A DNA stretch of 64,000 nucleotides, taken from NCBI GenBank assembly GCA_000165425.1, contig CT868066.1, forward strand, positions 1-64,000. Direction: 5' to 3'. Below are positions 27,601 to 38,700 of the stretch, piece by piece (the stretch's first letter is position 1; each line of letters starts with the position of its first letter). The DNA is from Paramecium tetraurelia (Eukaryota). Made by a program: the position numbers and the translations under genes. The notes under the pieces are model-generated. The model ran no database searches and was not told where the DNA came from. It worked only from the letters and a program-made list of their open reading frames with translations.

Positions 27601-27786
27601 AGAATTCAAATAATATATGTAAGGAACTAAAACTTTTAAAACTGCCAAAATATATCCTGAATAATTCAGTGAATGTTCTTAACCAGAGTACTTATATATT
27701 TCTTATCTAGGGAAATTCATAAAGAGCCTAAATAGTTCATTCAAGCTAAAGAGAGTCAATCTAATTTGGATGAATGCTTTGTTTGA
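18672..27786 (+). CDS. Giant (~2900-3000 aa) Cys-rich, beta-helix (pectin-lyase-fold-like) multi-pass membrane protein of a family common in ciliates
   Basis: Hydrophobic N-terminus (SVFSILFLLTTG), CxxC furin-like repeats (~20040-21800), I/N/S-rich beta-helix region with GGAIY/GGLVF/GGSM/GGGF motifs, GYWR...CLGG...GHIGALCEECD module, then many TM segments (26320-27400). Several 22-26 nt introns; open frame wherever I checked. Confidence 0.8.
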
Positions 27787-28068
27787 TTAATGATTAAATA
27801 TATTCATCAAATTTATATACAAACATAATAATATATTGAGGAGTTTATAATAAGTTTAAATATTATTCTATTTTAATTTCAATAAATGATCAACTTAAAT
27901 TTAGACCTTAATTAAGTAATATCACACTAAAAATAATTGGATTAGACTTTGATGTAAACCAATTTCATATAAATTTTAATCTTAACGAACTTAATTTGTT
28001 AAGGTATATAATTATAATATTAGCATGTATGTGTTTATTAGAAATACATATCCAATATCATCAACTCA

Positions 28069-28141
28069 GGGGTAGTAGCTCATTTAGTAGAGCGCGTGAT
28101 TTGCATTCACGAGGCGCCGAGAGCGAAGCTCGGCTACTCCA
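28069..28141 (+). tRNA. tRNA-Ala (anticodon TGC)
   Basis: 73-nt cloverleaf: acceptor GGGGTAG/CTACTCC with G3:U70 and discriminator A; D stem GCTC/GAGC; anticodon stem CGTGA/TCACG with loop TTTGCAT; T stem CCGAG/CTCGG; followed by a T run (Pol III terminator). Confidence 0.93.
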
Positions 28142-29303
28142 ATTTTTTTCTTTTTATTTTATATATTAATATAGTTTATTTATTAATAAATATCATATAA
28201 AAAATTATAAATTAGAAACATTCTGATAGGAGTTTGTTTAAAATTATTAATTAGTTTTAGAATAAATTAGACATTAAATTTTATTCATTTTGTGATTAAG
28301 AATTCTATAATATGTAATTTTACAATTTTAATATGTAAAGTTAGGTAGTAACAGTTTATTTATGATTCCTAAATTATGTTTTAGGTATTTAGATGTCTTG
28401 TATTTTCATCTAATTGTACCACCTTTAGCTTAAATATTAATAATCAAAAAAATTAACAAGAGTATTGTTAATTTTATAAATTTAATAAATATGTATATAT
28501 ATTATTATATACTAAGTGCAATTATTATTTATGATTTTACTTTCCTTTTCCTTTCTTCCATTTTTCTAATTTCCATCAATCATATTATTTTCCAATCTGA
28601 AATCTTAACTTCTTAGAATTATAATTTCTAAAATTTATATTTTATTAAATAACTCTTTTTAAATTGGCTTGAGTTCCATAGAATATTTTCTAAATATCAC
28701 TTTATTCTACCAATATATATAAAACTAATTCATTTTAATATTATTAATAATTTGTATAATTTATTATGCCATATGATTTTTAAGAAAAATCTAGCTTCAA
28801 ACTGAATAGATAGATAATTAAATTAAGTTATTAATTTTCATTTGAATTAATTTAGAGTTAAAAACTAATTGTTATCAAGCAACTTAAATTTCAGATTGGT
28901 TTTAGTAGTATGTAAGGGACCGCCAGGATAATAATAATAATAATATTAAAACAAAATTAGAAAATAGTCAATGTAATTTTTTAATATTGGATAAAAACTT
29001 CATCAATCAACATTAATCCTATTTCAAAATAAAAATAATAAATATTTTAACAAATATTATTTGATTAATTGTTTTTATAATCATAATATTTGAAGTCTTA
29101 ATTATTAATATAGATTTTTTGTTTTGGATTCATTTTTGATTGATTTAATCCTGCACAAAACAATCTTATTAATAATTATACTGAATTGCTTATATTATTA
29201 AAAGACTTAATATTCTAAAACTATTAAACGGAGGTATTATAAACTTAAACAGATCAAGGTCCTTTTAAAAATATAATATTATGACTAAAATTAGTCCTTT
29301 AAT

Positions 29304-30595
29304 TCAATATATAATCATTTTATAGCAAAATGAGTGGGGTAGAGATTTAATATTGATATATCTGTTTTCTTCTTCTTATAACTATGTTAACATTTCATTA
29401 AGTTTTAGAGACTCACTTTCAAAAGGTGTTTCTATAATTTAAAGGGCGAGAGCTTTTTTCCAGAAGAGATGCCATTTTTGTAATCAACTTAAATAATTGA
29501 GTATTTTGAAATTAATTCATCTGAATTACTTGCAGTAGTTTTACAAATATAATTATCGTTTCTATCAGAAATAATTGTATTGCACTTTTATTGGTTTAAT
29601 TTCACTTTGGGGAGTTATTCACTAAGATTTGATTAATTGTAAAATCTTCTGTCTTTTCTTTGCCTATTCTCTTGTATAATTTATTTTGGGAGATGGGGAT
29701 TTTCTTTATATTGATCAATTATAGCCCTGTCTTTTAATGAAAGCTTCTCCTAATGTTCAAATCTAAGGGAGGAAACTATGTAAGGTTAATGTTCTGATAA
29801 TCTCAAAGTTGAATATTTCATTTAGTCAATGAAATAGAAATTTATTTTATATTTTATTAAACTTCTTATTCTTCAGTATTGCTTGATTAAGTTAGATGAA
29901 GTGTCTTTGCATTTAAACTTGTTTATAAATAAATAATATAAAGTATACTAGATATTGTAATATTCTGAGAATTTACTTTAGAATATTTTATTGATATATA
30001 TAAGATAGATTAGATTAGAAGATTAATATTTTAATCATTCATTTCTGATTTGAAATGATTTAGTTTTTTGATGTGCTATTCTTCTAAGGGGTTTTTAAGT
30101 CTAAGATATTTCTTGTCTATCTTAATTTCCTGTTTCTATGTCTATTACAATTAAAGATTTCTTAAATTCCACTTTTTTCCTTTGAAACTTTTATACTGAT
30201 TCCAATATTTTCGAATCTTATCTTTTTAAAAATAGCTTAGTTCTCTTTTATGACCTTTCAAATTCAAGTGGAGCATCATTTTAAGAAATTTGAGTAAGAA
30301 TCGGAATTTCAGGTAGGGATCTCTAGTATCTCTTGGGTTTGATTTTGATTAGTTAGGGTAGTTTAAAATGATAAGGAATTTCTATAAGTGGATCACTTTC
30401 AGATTAAGTGTACACTTTATTAGCAGAGTTTCCATTGGGTACTTCAGCTTCTGTTTTTAGGGAATTAGGAAGAACATCAATTTAATTTAAAAAAAGAGAT
30501 GGTCTCATATTTCTTATGTTGGTTTCTTTTATTGGCGAAACCTCTTTTTGAATGATAGTAGGAAGGTGGAATCTGGTCGATGCTGGATGAAACAT
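29304..30595 (-). CDS. Hypothetical low-complexity/coiled-coil protein (internal exon structure unresolved)
   Basis: ATG MFHPASTRFHLPTIIQKEVSPIKETNIRNMRPSLF... opens a long frame; terminal frame ...QLQEEENRYINIKSLPHSFCYKMIIY*. Confidence 0.5.
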
Positions 30596-30932
30596 AAAGG
30601 CTCAATTATTATTATAATAAATGATTTTAGAAATAATATTTTTAATTAATATAATGAAACTAATTAATCTGTCGTCATCTCAAAATTAAATAGTAGATAT
30701 ATTTATTTATAATAAATAATGAATTTAATCAAACTAAACGATAAATTCAGTAAATCACTCTAGGAGGTAAATGAGAACTATATTTCATCTTATTTCCAAA
30801 AATATCATTAATTTTACAAGTATTTTCCTTTTTTAGGAATATAATTTTAATTAAATTATTGTTCAAATTTTTGATTAATTTAAGGAAATCCAAAAGAAAG
30901 TAATTTCTTATAATAATGAAAATATAACAACA

Positions 30933-31680
30933 ATGCATTTTAATCATAGAAGAACGAAAAGAAGTATATTGTCTAAATAATATAAAAAACTAATTGAAAT
31001 GATTATTTTTGTTCCTTTTAAAAATAACTAAATAGGAAAGGAAAGATTTAAATTGATGGATTGAATAAAATTTACAGCATATTTAAGTAACAAATATCTA
31101 TAATGAATTTGAATTGTAATAAGAAAAATTAGGTAAAGAAGGAATAGGAAAGTTTTTAAATAAAGATGGAAATAAAGATAAAGAAAGAGATAGAAAAACA
31201 TTAAAAAAATCAATATAATATTTGATAACTCCTTGAAGACTCTAAATGAAGTAAAAAAAAATTTCAGTTTATGCAAAATGAATAGACTAATTCAAGAAAA
31301 TATTTATTTAATGGAGTCTACAAGAAGCTAGAAATTATTCATCAAACCTAATTTAGCTATTTAACAAACGAGAACAACTGGTCCTAAATCCTGTTCAGTT
31401 GAAAATAGAAAATCAAAAAATTACCTTAAAGGATTAATTTAATTTTAATAACTTGTCTTAAATTTTGAATACTTTAATTCAGTTTCAAGTTTTTAGAACT
31501 GATAGAATATTTATAGAATAATTTAAACTTAGGCATCAGAAGTTTAGTTAAATTAAAATATTTAATATTTTGATTCAATCAAAGTTACTAGCAAAGAAGA
31601 ATAAAGACTTTATCTTTAAAATAGAAGAAGAATATGAACGAAGCCTTAAACAATTAAGTCATCATGATTTTGAATGAGAT
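30933..31680 (+). CDS. Hypothetical coiled-coil protein or pseudogene
   Basis: K/E/Q-rich open stretches (KKEQESFQIKMEIKIKKEIEKH...); boundaries unresolved. Confidence 0.25.
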
Positions 31681-31914
31681 AGAATTAAATAGAAATTGAT
31701 AAATATACACTTAGTAATATACATTGCATAGATATTTATTAAGAGAATATATTTTAATTAGATATTATTACTTGAAGATGTATTGTATTAAATTAACATT
31801 GTAGGAACAAAGAGATGTTTTAATTAAATTACAACTCTATAACAGGAGGGGTGATGTTTTCTTTTTTTTATGTGTTTTATTAAATTTAATAAAATAAATA
31901 AAGTCATCTCTAGC

Positions 31915-32271
31915 ATGCATTAATCTCATCCTGCATTTCCTTATTTGAAATAACAATTAGAAAATTTGTAAAAAAGTGTGTGAAGAACCTTGTTCAAAGA
32001 GTTCCAGAAACCTTTCATTTAATTTGTTTATCTTAAAATAGCAAATATGTTAGTAGATATTCAGATTGAATTTTGTTAAATTCATGCAAGGTAAGATTAG
32101 AAGAAGTAAGGCAGTAGATAAAGAATTTAGATAATTTAATTTTAAGATGATTTTTATGAGTAATCAATTTGAAAAGTGCATTTAATCAGAGGACTCTGAT
32201 AAATGTGTAGAATCAGCCAAAGCAGATGTCAAGAGAGATATATAAATGAATTCCAAAAAAATATTAATTGA
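31915..32271 (+). pseudogene. Small helical twin-Cys family member, frameshifted copy
   Basis: MHQSHPAFPYLKQQLENLQKSV, frameshift at a gtgtgtg run, then KNLVQRVPETFHLICLSQ ... FNFKMIFMSNQFEKCIQSEDSDKCVESAKADVKR. Confidence 0.5.
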
Positions 32272-32287
32272 TAAAATTATATATTTA

Positions 32288-32630
32288 ATGAATTTAAATG
32301 ATTCTCAAATAGTAGAATATCAATAAATACAAAACAAATATCAAAGAAAGGTTCTTAAATACTGTTGGTCCTCTTAATCCAATAGAGAGCAATTTATTGA
32401 ATGCATGCTCAAGTAGTATTAGATATTATAGTAGAAAAAATGAGCTATTTAATATCTAGTAAGAATTATTTCATCATAAATTACGCTTTGTGCTTGATTA
32501 GACCAACAATTAATGTCTCAAAAGTATCAAAAGCAAATTCGATGAATAGATGTGTCTTCAAAATGCCAGAGATTAGATTACCATTTTTTAGGAATAATTT
32601 GAACATACTCTATAGAAAGAATTATTGTGA
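32288..32630 (+). CDS. Small helical twin CX12C protein (~106 aa, one 22-nt intron)
   Basis: MNLNDSQIVEYQQIQNKYQRKVLKYCWSSQSNREQFIECMLK|KNELFNIQQELFHHKLRFVLDQTNNQCLKSIKSKFDEQMCLQNARDQITIFQEQFEHTLQKELL*. Confidence 0.7.
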
Positions 32631-32655
32631 ATGTATTATAAAATAATTATTAATT

Positions 32656-33028
32656 ATGGCTGAACAGCAATAGTAATTGTTTCTAAAATAATTAACTGTC
32701 AATGTGTAATCTCTCCAAAGATATATTCAAAAAGAAACAAATGAATAAAGAGAGAAATGCTATCAAATTTATTTGTAATCCAATGAAAATTATGATGAAT
32801 ATTACAAATGTATTTGCTATTCCAATATCAAAAGGCATTCAGTAATTGCAAACAAAAAGAAAGACAGTTGATCGCACATATGAATCAATGGTTAAGTATT
32901 GGCCATTTTGGACTCAAAATTGTTTTGAAAATTCAGAAACGAAGGATTAAATTTTGAACTGTTAGAAACATACAACAGAATCTTTAACCAATTTTTTATA
33001 GAATTCAATCAATTAATTATAAATTTGA
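32656..33028 (+). CDS. Small helical twin-Cys protein (CX16C + CX12C, ~115 aa, one 25-nt intron)
   Basis: MAEQQQQLFLKQLTVNVQSLQRYIQKETNEQREKCYQIYLQSNENYDEYYKC(intron in the Cys codon)IQQLQTKRKTVDRTYESMVKYWPFWTQNCFENSETKDQILNCQKHTTESLTNFLQNSINQLQI*. Confidence 0.7.
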
Positions 33029-33187
33029 ACATTTAATATATCAATACATTATGGATTATTATAAAGCAAATGCCATCCATTTTATATTCAGATTCACAAT
33101 AAATTTAGTATTTCCAAATAACAAATTCATTTTCAATTTAATTTGTAGTTTTTCAAAATATCGATACATAGTTCAACACTTTGCTTA

Positions 33188-33960
33188 ATGTTCTAAGTGA
33201 AATCTGGCATTAAGTTTAAAAATATTATGGTTTTATTTCAATTAGTGCTATTTTTGGCAATAATAATAATAATACTAATAATGGGAAATAATTTTTGTTA
33301 CTCAAAAATAGACTAAGAATCAACCATATCGTAATTAATTTGTTTATAGAAATTAAATGAATGCAATGTATATCTAACCATTGGAAAAATAGAAAATGAA
33401 GCTGTTGATTGTATGGTATAGGAGAACGACTAATTTTAAAAATTTCCAGTTCCATGTAAATTTTAAACGAATGATAACACGTACAATTTCATCAAATCTA
33501 CTGAAAGTACTTTGATATTATTTAAAGAATAGAAAATTCAAAAAATTATATTTAAGTTTTGTTGAAAAACTATGTAAATGGAGCTGGCTAAAATCATAAT
33601 GAAGGAGAAAAGTAAAAATTATATGAAATAATTTAAGATGTTCTTAAAATAGTAAATTTTATAACAATTATAGGCTGATGAAAGATAAATGAGATCTATA
33701 GCGTTTCCAGTATTTTTAATAAAAGATTATACAACCTCAGCAACAATAATGCTTATGGCAATAAAAATATTCATTGTAGAATAAATCTGTTAAAGACTGA
33801 CAAAAATTTATATCATTTTAAATGTAAGTCTATTTATAAACTGTTTTACTTTAGTCCATTGAATAAGTCTCGAGTTTCAAATGGGTATTTTCATAGGTCT
33901 TTGATATAAGAAAGTCCTAAAGATTGTATGATAGTTCAATCAATGAAGATTGGGAATTGA
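33188..33960 (+). CDS. Degenerate macrodomain-like protein (boundaries approximate)
   Basis: NVYLTIGKIENEAVDC resembles the macro GDIT...DAIV strand; IIQDVLKI|ADERQMRSIAFPVF resembles the macro 'SL..A....LKSIAFP' motif. Confidence 0.5.
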
Positions 33961-34129
33961 GAACCACTGAACTCCTAAACTAAAATGTGTAAATAGTGAA
34001 GAGTAGTATGCCTTGAATTTATAATAACTTTATAGAATTATTCAAAAAAGCTTTAGTTTATTTCTCAATAAGAATGCATACATGAATTTATTAATTTTAT
34101 ATAATTTAATTCCATTCTTACTAATTTCG

Positions 34130-35027
34130 GAATGCTTATAAGTAAATTACCTCTATTAGAATAAACAACATCTCAAAAGATTCTATTTAATAAAACAAAA
34201 TTAATCTAAGAAAACTCAAACTGTGCAGGTTTGGAGAAAACTTGCAGACAGACAAACGCACTTAAAGCTAAAAGACAGTTAAGTATTATGAAACAATTTA
34301 TTGAGTGCAAAAAGTAAATAACCACACAAAATGATGAATCAATATCAAAAAGAGGGCATGTAACCAAGTCATAATCTGACTGCATGATAATTGAAAAACT
34401 TCAATAGGAATTTGAACAAAAGTATTAAGAGCAAGTATGTAGAGAAAGTGATAATTTAGGTGAAGATTTCTGAGGATTTAAAACTAGAAAATGTCAAATT
34501 AAAAATGCAGTTAGATGAGCAGGAATAGCAAATTATTTATCTAAAATTGCTAAATAATGATTTACGCTATTAGATAGAGAACTCTACTTTAGCATAATAA
34601 TTAAAGAAGTTGGAGTCAGAATATAAGGATACTTATAGAAGGATGGATGACACTCTACGAAAAGCAATTGACGAGAACTATGAAAGCTAAATAAAAATGA
34701 AAAATCTATCAATTAAATCTCAACAGTTAGAATAATTTACAGTAAGTGTTACAATAATGAATTAGTTTTCTTTAAGACAGCAACTTACTTGCAAACTTTG
34801 TAGAAAGGAATTGTAAAATACGATTACTGTGATTCCATGTGCACATAATTATTGTTAGCGATGCGTTTCCGGATATGTGGGGAGATGCTTTGCTTGCAAT
34901 GACGATGTAATTATTTAAATTATTAAATAAGAGCGTTGTTTAAGCTACATATCATAATGAATACATTGGCGATTTGATAAATATGTATAAAATATTTGAG
35001 AATATTATGAATATATTAAAAACTTGA
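34130..35027 (+). CDS. Coiled-coil + C-terminal C3HC4 RING finger protein (5' end uncertain)
   Basis: Coiled coil followed by LTCKLCRKELQNTITVIPCAHNYCQRCVSGYVGRCFACND; three 24-25 nt introns; ends ...NIMNILKT*. Confidence 0.75.
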
Positions 35028-35104
35028 TATAATTTATATAAAGTGATTTTTAAGCAACTATAAGATATTAAAATTTATTGATTAATTATATATATAAATA
35101 ATAG

Positions 35105-35556
35105 TCAGAGGTTGAGTAAACCTTAGTAGTAATCATTATAGACATCATGTAGTTATGATTCGATTCTTTGATGACATCTTTCATATTCCCTATCGTTAGT
35201 ATTTCCTTTGTAACATTCAAGAGCCTGTTTTTCGATGAATAGCATTTTGATGGATAGGTATTTTGCAAAGTTGTCAATTTTGCCTTCATGTCTTTCCATA
35301 CCTAAAAATGATGAAATAGAAATATACATGTGGCGAAGAGTTCGAAGGTTTTTGAATTTCTGAGGCAAATCTCTTTCTACTTTTCGGCCAAGTCTTATTG
35401 TTTGAGCATTTGATCAATCGAGATTTAACTGTCTTCTTTTAAAGTTTTTTGAAGTCATTCTCATATTACTATTTTCTTTACATTTGTTTTGGTGTATTTA
35501 ATATTGATTTCCAGAGGTAAGATATTGGTTGGTTTTGAATTATGATAATTCATCAT
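35105..35556 (-). CDS. Small helical twin CX12C protein (5' end uncertain)
   Basis: MLKQQDLAEKQKEICLRNSKTFELFATC(intron in the Cys codon)MERHEGKIDNFAKYLSIKMLFIEKQALECYKGNTNDREYERCHQRIESQLHDVYNDYYQGLLNL*. Confidence 0.65.
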
Positions 35557-35775
35557 TACAGTATATTAATTTCAAATTTGGATGATTCATTATGTAATAA
35601 CAAATAGCGTCATTTTATTAATATCATATTTTTATTTTATATTTATATGATGTAATATGAATAGTCTATAATTTATAGTTCGTTAATTAATTCAGTTAGT
35701 AATTTGGGAAAGCATTTGAGATGGATAATGATAAAGTACATAGATTATAAAATGTAAATAGAATATTGTTAGTAC

Positions 35776-38700
35776 TCAACGACAACTTTCTGAATGATGT
35801 TCCTGCAAATCCATGGAAAGTTCATCAAAGGTTCTAATAGTAATGAAATATCCATCAGTGGATGTGTCTATAGATGGTATATCTACGCGCGTGTGAAAGC
35901 AGAATCGGAATTCTTCAGGGTAGTGTTACTCCAAGATTTCTTTGGTTGTTGAAGAAACCTGGAGATTACCCCTTTCTCCCTTTGATTCCATCTTATTCGC
36001 AATAAGAACATCTGGTCCATAGATATCATACCTAACAATTTCAGTACCCAAGACTCCTCCTATAATATTACCTGTGTGAATTCCAATACGCATGTCCAAC
36101 CCTTGAAAATTAATATGGTCTCTGACTCTCTTGATAATGCTAATCATCTCAAATCCCAATTCCACAGTATTCTTAGCCTCCTATGCTATATTCCTATCTT
36201 TGGCATCTAACATACCCATCACAACATAGCAATCTCCGATTGTATACAATTTATAGACTGACTTTTCTTAGCAGCACTTATCAAACTCAGTGAAAAGGTT
36301 GCGTAACATAAATACAACCTACTCTGGGGATACTTTGCTGGAATATTCAGTAAAACCAGCAATGTCAGCAAATAAGAGAGTAACATTTTCATAACTGTCT
36401 TTAAGGACAGCTCTTTGTTGTTAGAATTTGAGAAATTGTTCGAGCATATGACTTGGTAATTGATGTTTAACCAAGGAGTCTAATTATTAATGCTTAGCCT
36501 TTAGTTTGCATTTATTGTTATATAATTGGACATTCTTATTGAATTTATAGATCTGATTAGAAATAAAGATTAATTATAAGATGATGGCATAATAAATGAG
36601 ACTCTTTTCCCAATTTTTGACCAGAACCACAATCAAATTGACTGAAATCATCGAGATACTCTCTATAACCTTGTATTTCATCTTGATAATAGGGTTCAAC
36701 TAAGTCATGAATGACAAGAAGACTCCAACAGCAATACAGATTTCTCCTACTATGAAACTCTAATAAGAGAAGATATGAATGATCCACCATATCATTGTTA
36801 TAATATAACTGTAGATGAAGTAAATCTCCTTGAAATATTTCTCTCTGTATTATTTCATTATCAATAACACTAAGAATACAATCTTGATTGCCACAATTAC
36901 ATATCCAAAAGATAGATTGATATACCAAGTATATTAGTTCTCAAATATCTATGCAATCAATATGGTTGATGTGTTTTAGACCAACAACAATGTTGTCACT
37001 CCTGCCTTCAATAAAATTACCAACACTGTATTTTTCTTAGTTAATTCCCTATAGAAATCATGTATATGACATTAGTCAACCTCTGGATCAAAGTCCAAAA
37101 AGAGTTTTCTTTTGTCCAAGATCAAAACATCTGTTTCTATGAATTCCTCATCACTCTAATATAATTGCTTCAGTTTCTCCTTCTCTATCTCACTATTGGG
37201 AAAATCAAAATTCTCATCCACCAATAAGTTCTCTTTTCCCAATTTAATCTCTATTGCTTCTATCAAATTGGCTCCTTCCACACTCATTTTATACCCTATC
37301 TAATTTGCATGATCACTATCCCCATGCGAATTCTATTGTTATTGCCCATCTACATTAAGACTTGACTTGTGTTGTAATTTCGGATTACTCTATTTCAAAT
37401 GAGGCAAAACAAGTGTTGGTTTTCTCTTCACTTTCTGATTCCTCCCTACCCTCTCTGAATTATCCTGTGTAGCCACCGAATTCTGTAGATTATTCTTACC
37501 TCTTCCATCCTTCACACACTACTTCTTATGTCTTAATGATTTTCTTTGTTCCTATTCGGATAATATATAAGTTACTAAGACTCCTTTTCCCTTTGCTTCT
37601 ACAAAATCCTTTGTAAATATGAAATCCTATGAACCACTAACTAATTTATAAGCGTCTTCAGAAATCTTGATTTGACCATCTTAACCAGTCGAACATACTC
37701 TACTTGTAGTATTAACCGTATCACCGATCAATGAGAACTAAGGCTTATGATAACCAATCACTCCTGCAATCACATTGCCATAATGAACACCTATTTTCAC
37801 TATTATTTCCCCAGATCCACAAAAATCTTATTACGATGCAAATTTCCTCATTTCAAATGCCACTTGGATTGCTCTAAGTACTGGATTAGCACTGTTTTAA
37901 GAGACAATGTTCTTTAATCCTGCAGCTGCCATATAGGTTTTACCCACAGTTTCTATCTTCTATAATCCATATTGACTACACAATGAATCATATTATCTAA
38001 ATAAGATATCCAATAAATGTATCACATTCTCCTTTTCTGCCTTGATTATTTTATCAAATTAGCATATATCACAAAATAATATTGCCACTTCTCCTTGATT
38101 CTCTTAAATGTCGAATTCGCCTTTCTAATTGATTATATTTCTAATGAACTTCGGCATCAAAATACTCAAAGTGTCACTAATTGAATTCGTCTATTGATCC
38201 AAAGTCAGCATTTGGATGAACTCCTCTCTTGAATTTCTCTGAACTCTAAAATGCATTCCACTTGACAATGCTGTCTGCATTAATGCAATCAAATAGTAAT
38301 TCAACATAATGTATTTATTAAAGTTGGCATCACTGGTCGTATTATTAGCACTGAACCTGATTATAAAACTGATATTGAGAGCAAAACAATAGAAGATGAT
38401 TGTCAAAGGTCTATCATCTATTAATGGCTACAACATAAATAACTACATGATTAACATGTCTGTCAACTCATTGTCATTATCCTGATAAAAATAAGCATCA
38501 TAAACAATTTTATATATCAACCTACTTGTGATCAAAATCTTGCTAATTCTGAAATGATATTTCTAGAATGCCACTGTGTATATGAACAATGCCATCAACA
38601 CCTATGCTGCATTATATCCAATTGTAAAATACAAAAACCAAGTATAATCAACATCTCGATTGATCAACCAAATCTAAACTAGGATTGCCCCTTCCACTAA

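Noticed and set aside
36557..36928. 123-aa minus-strand ORF from the track as a separate or overlapping gene
   Set aside because: An alternative frame within the cyclase's second TM block; the true frame uses TAA/TAG as Gln.
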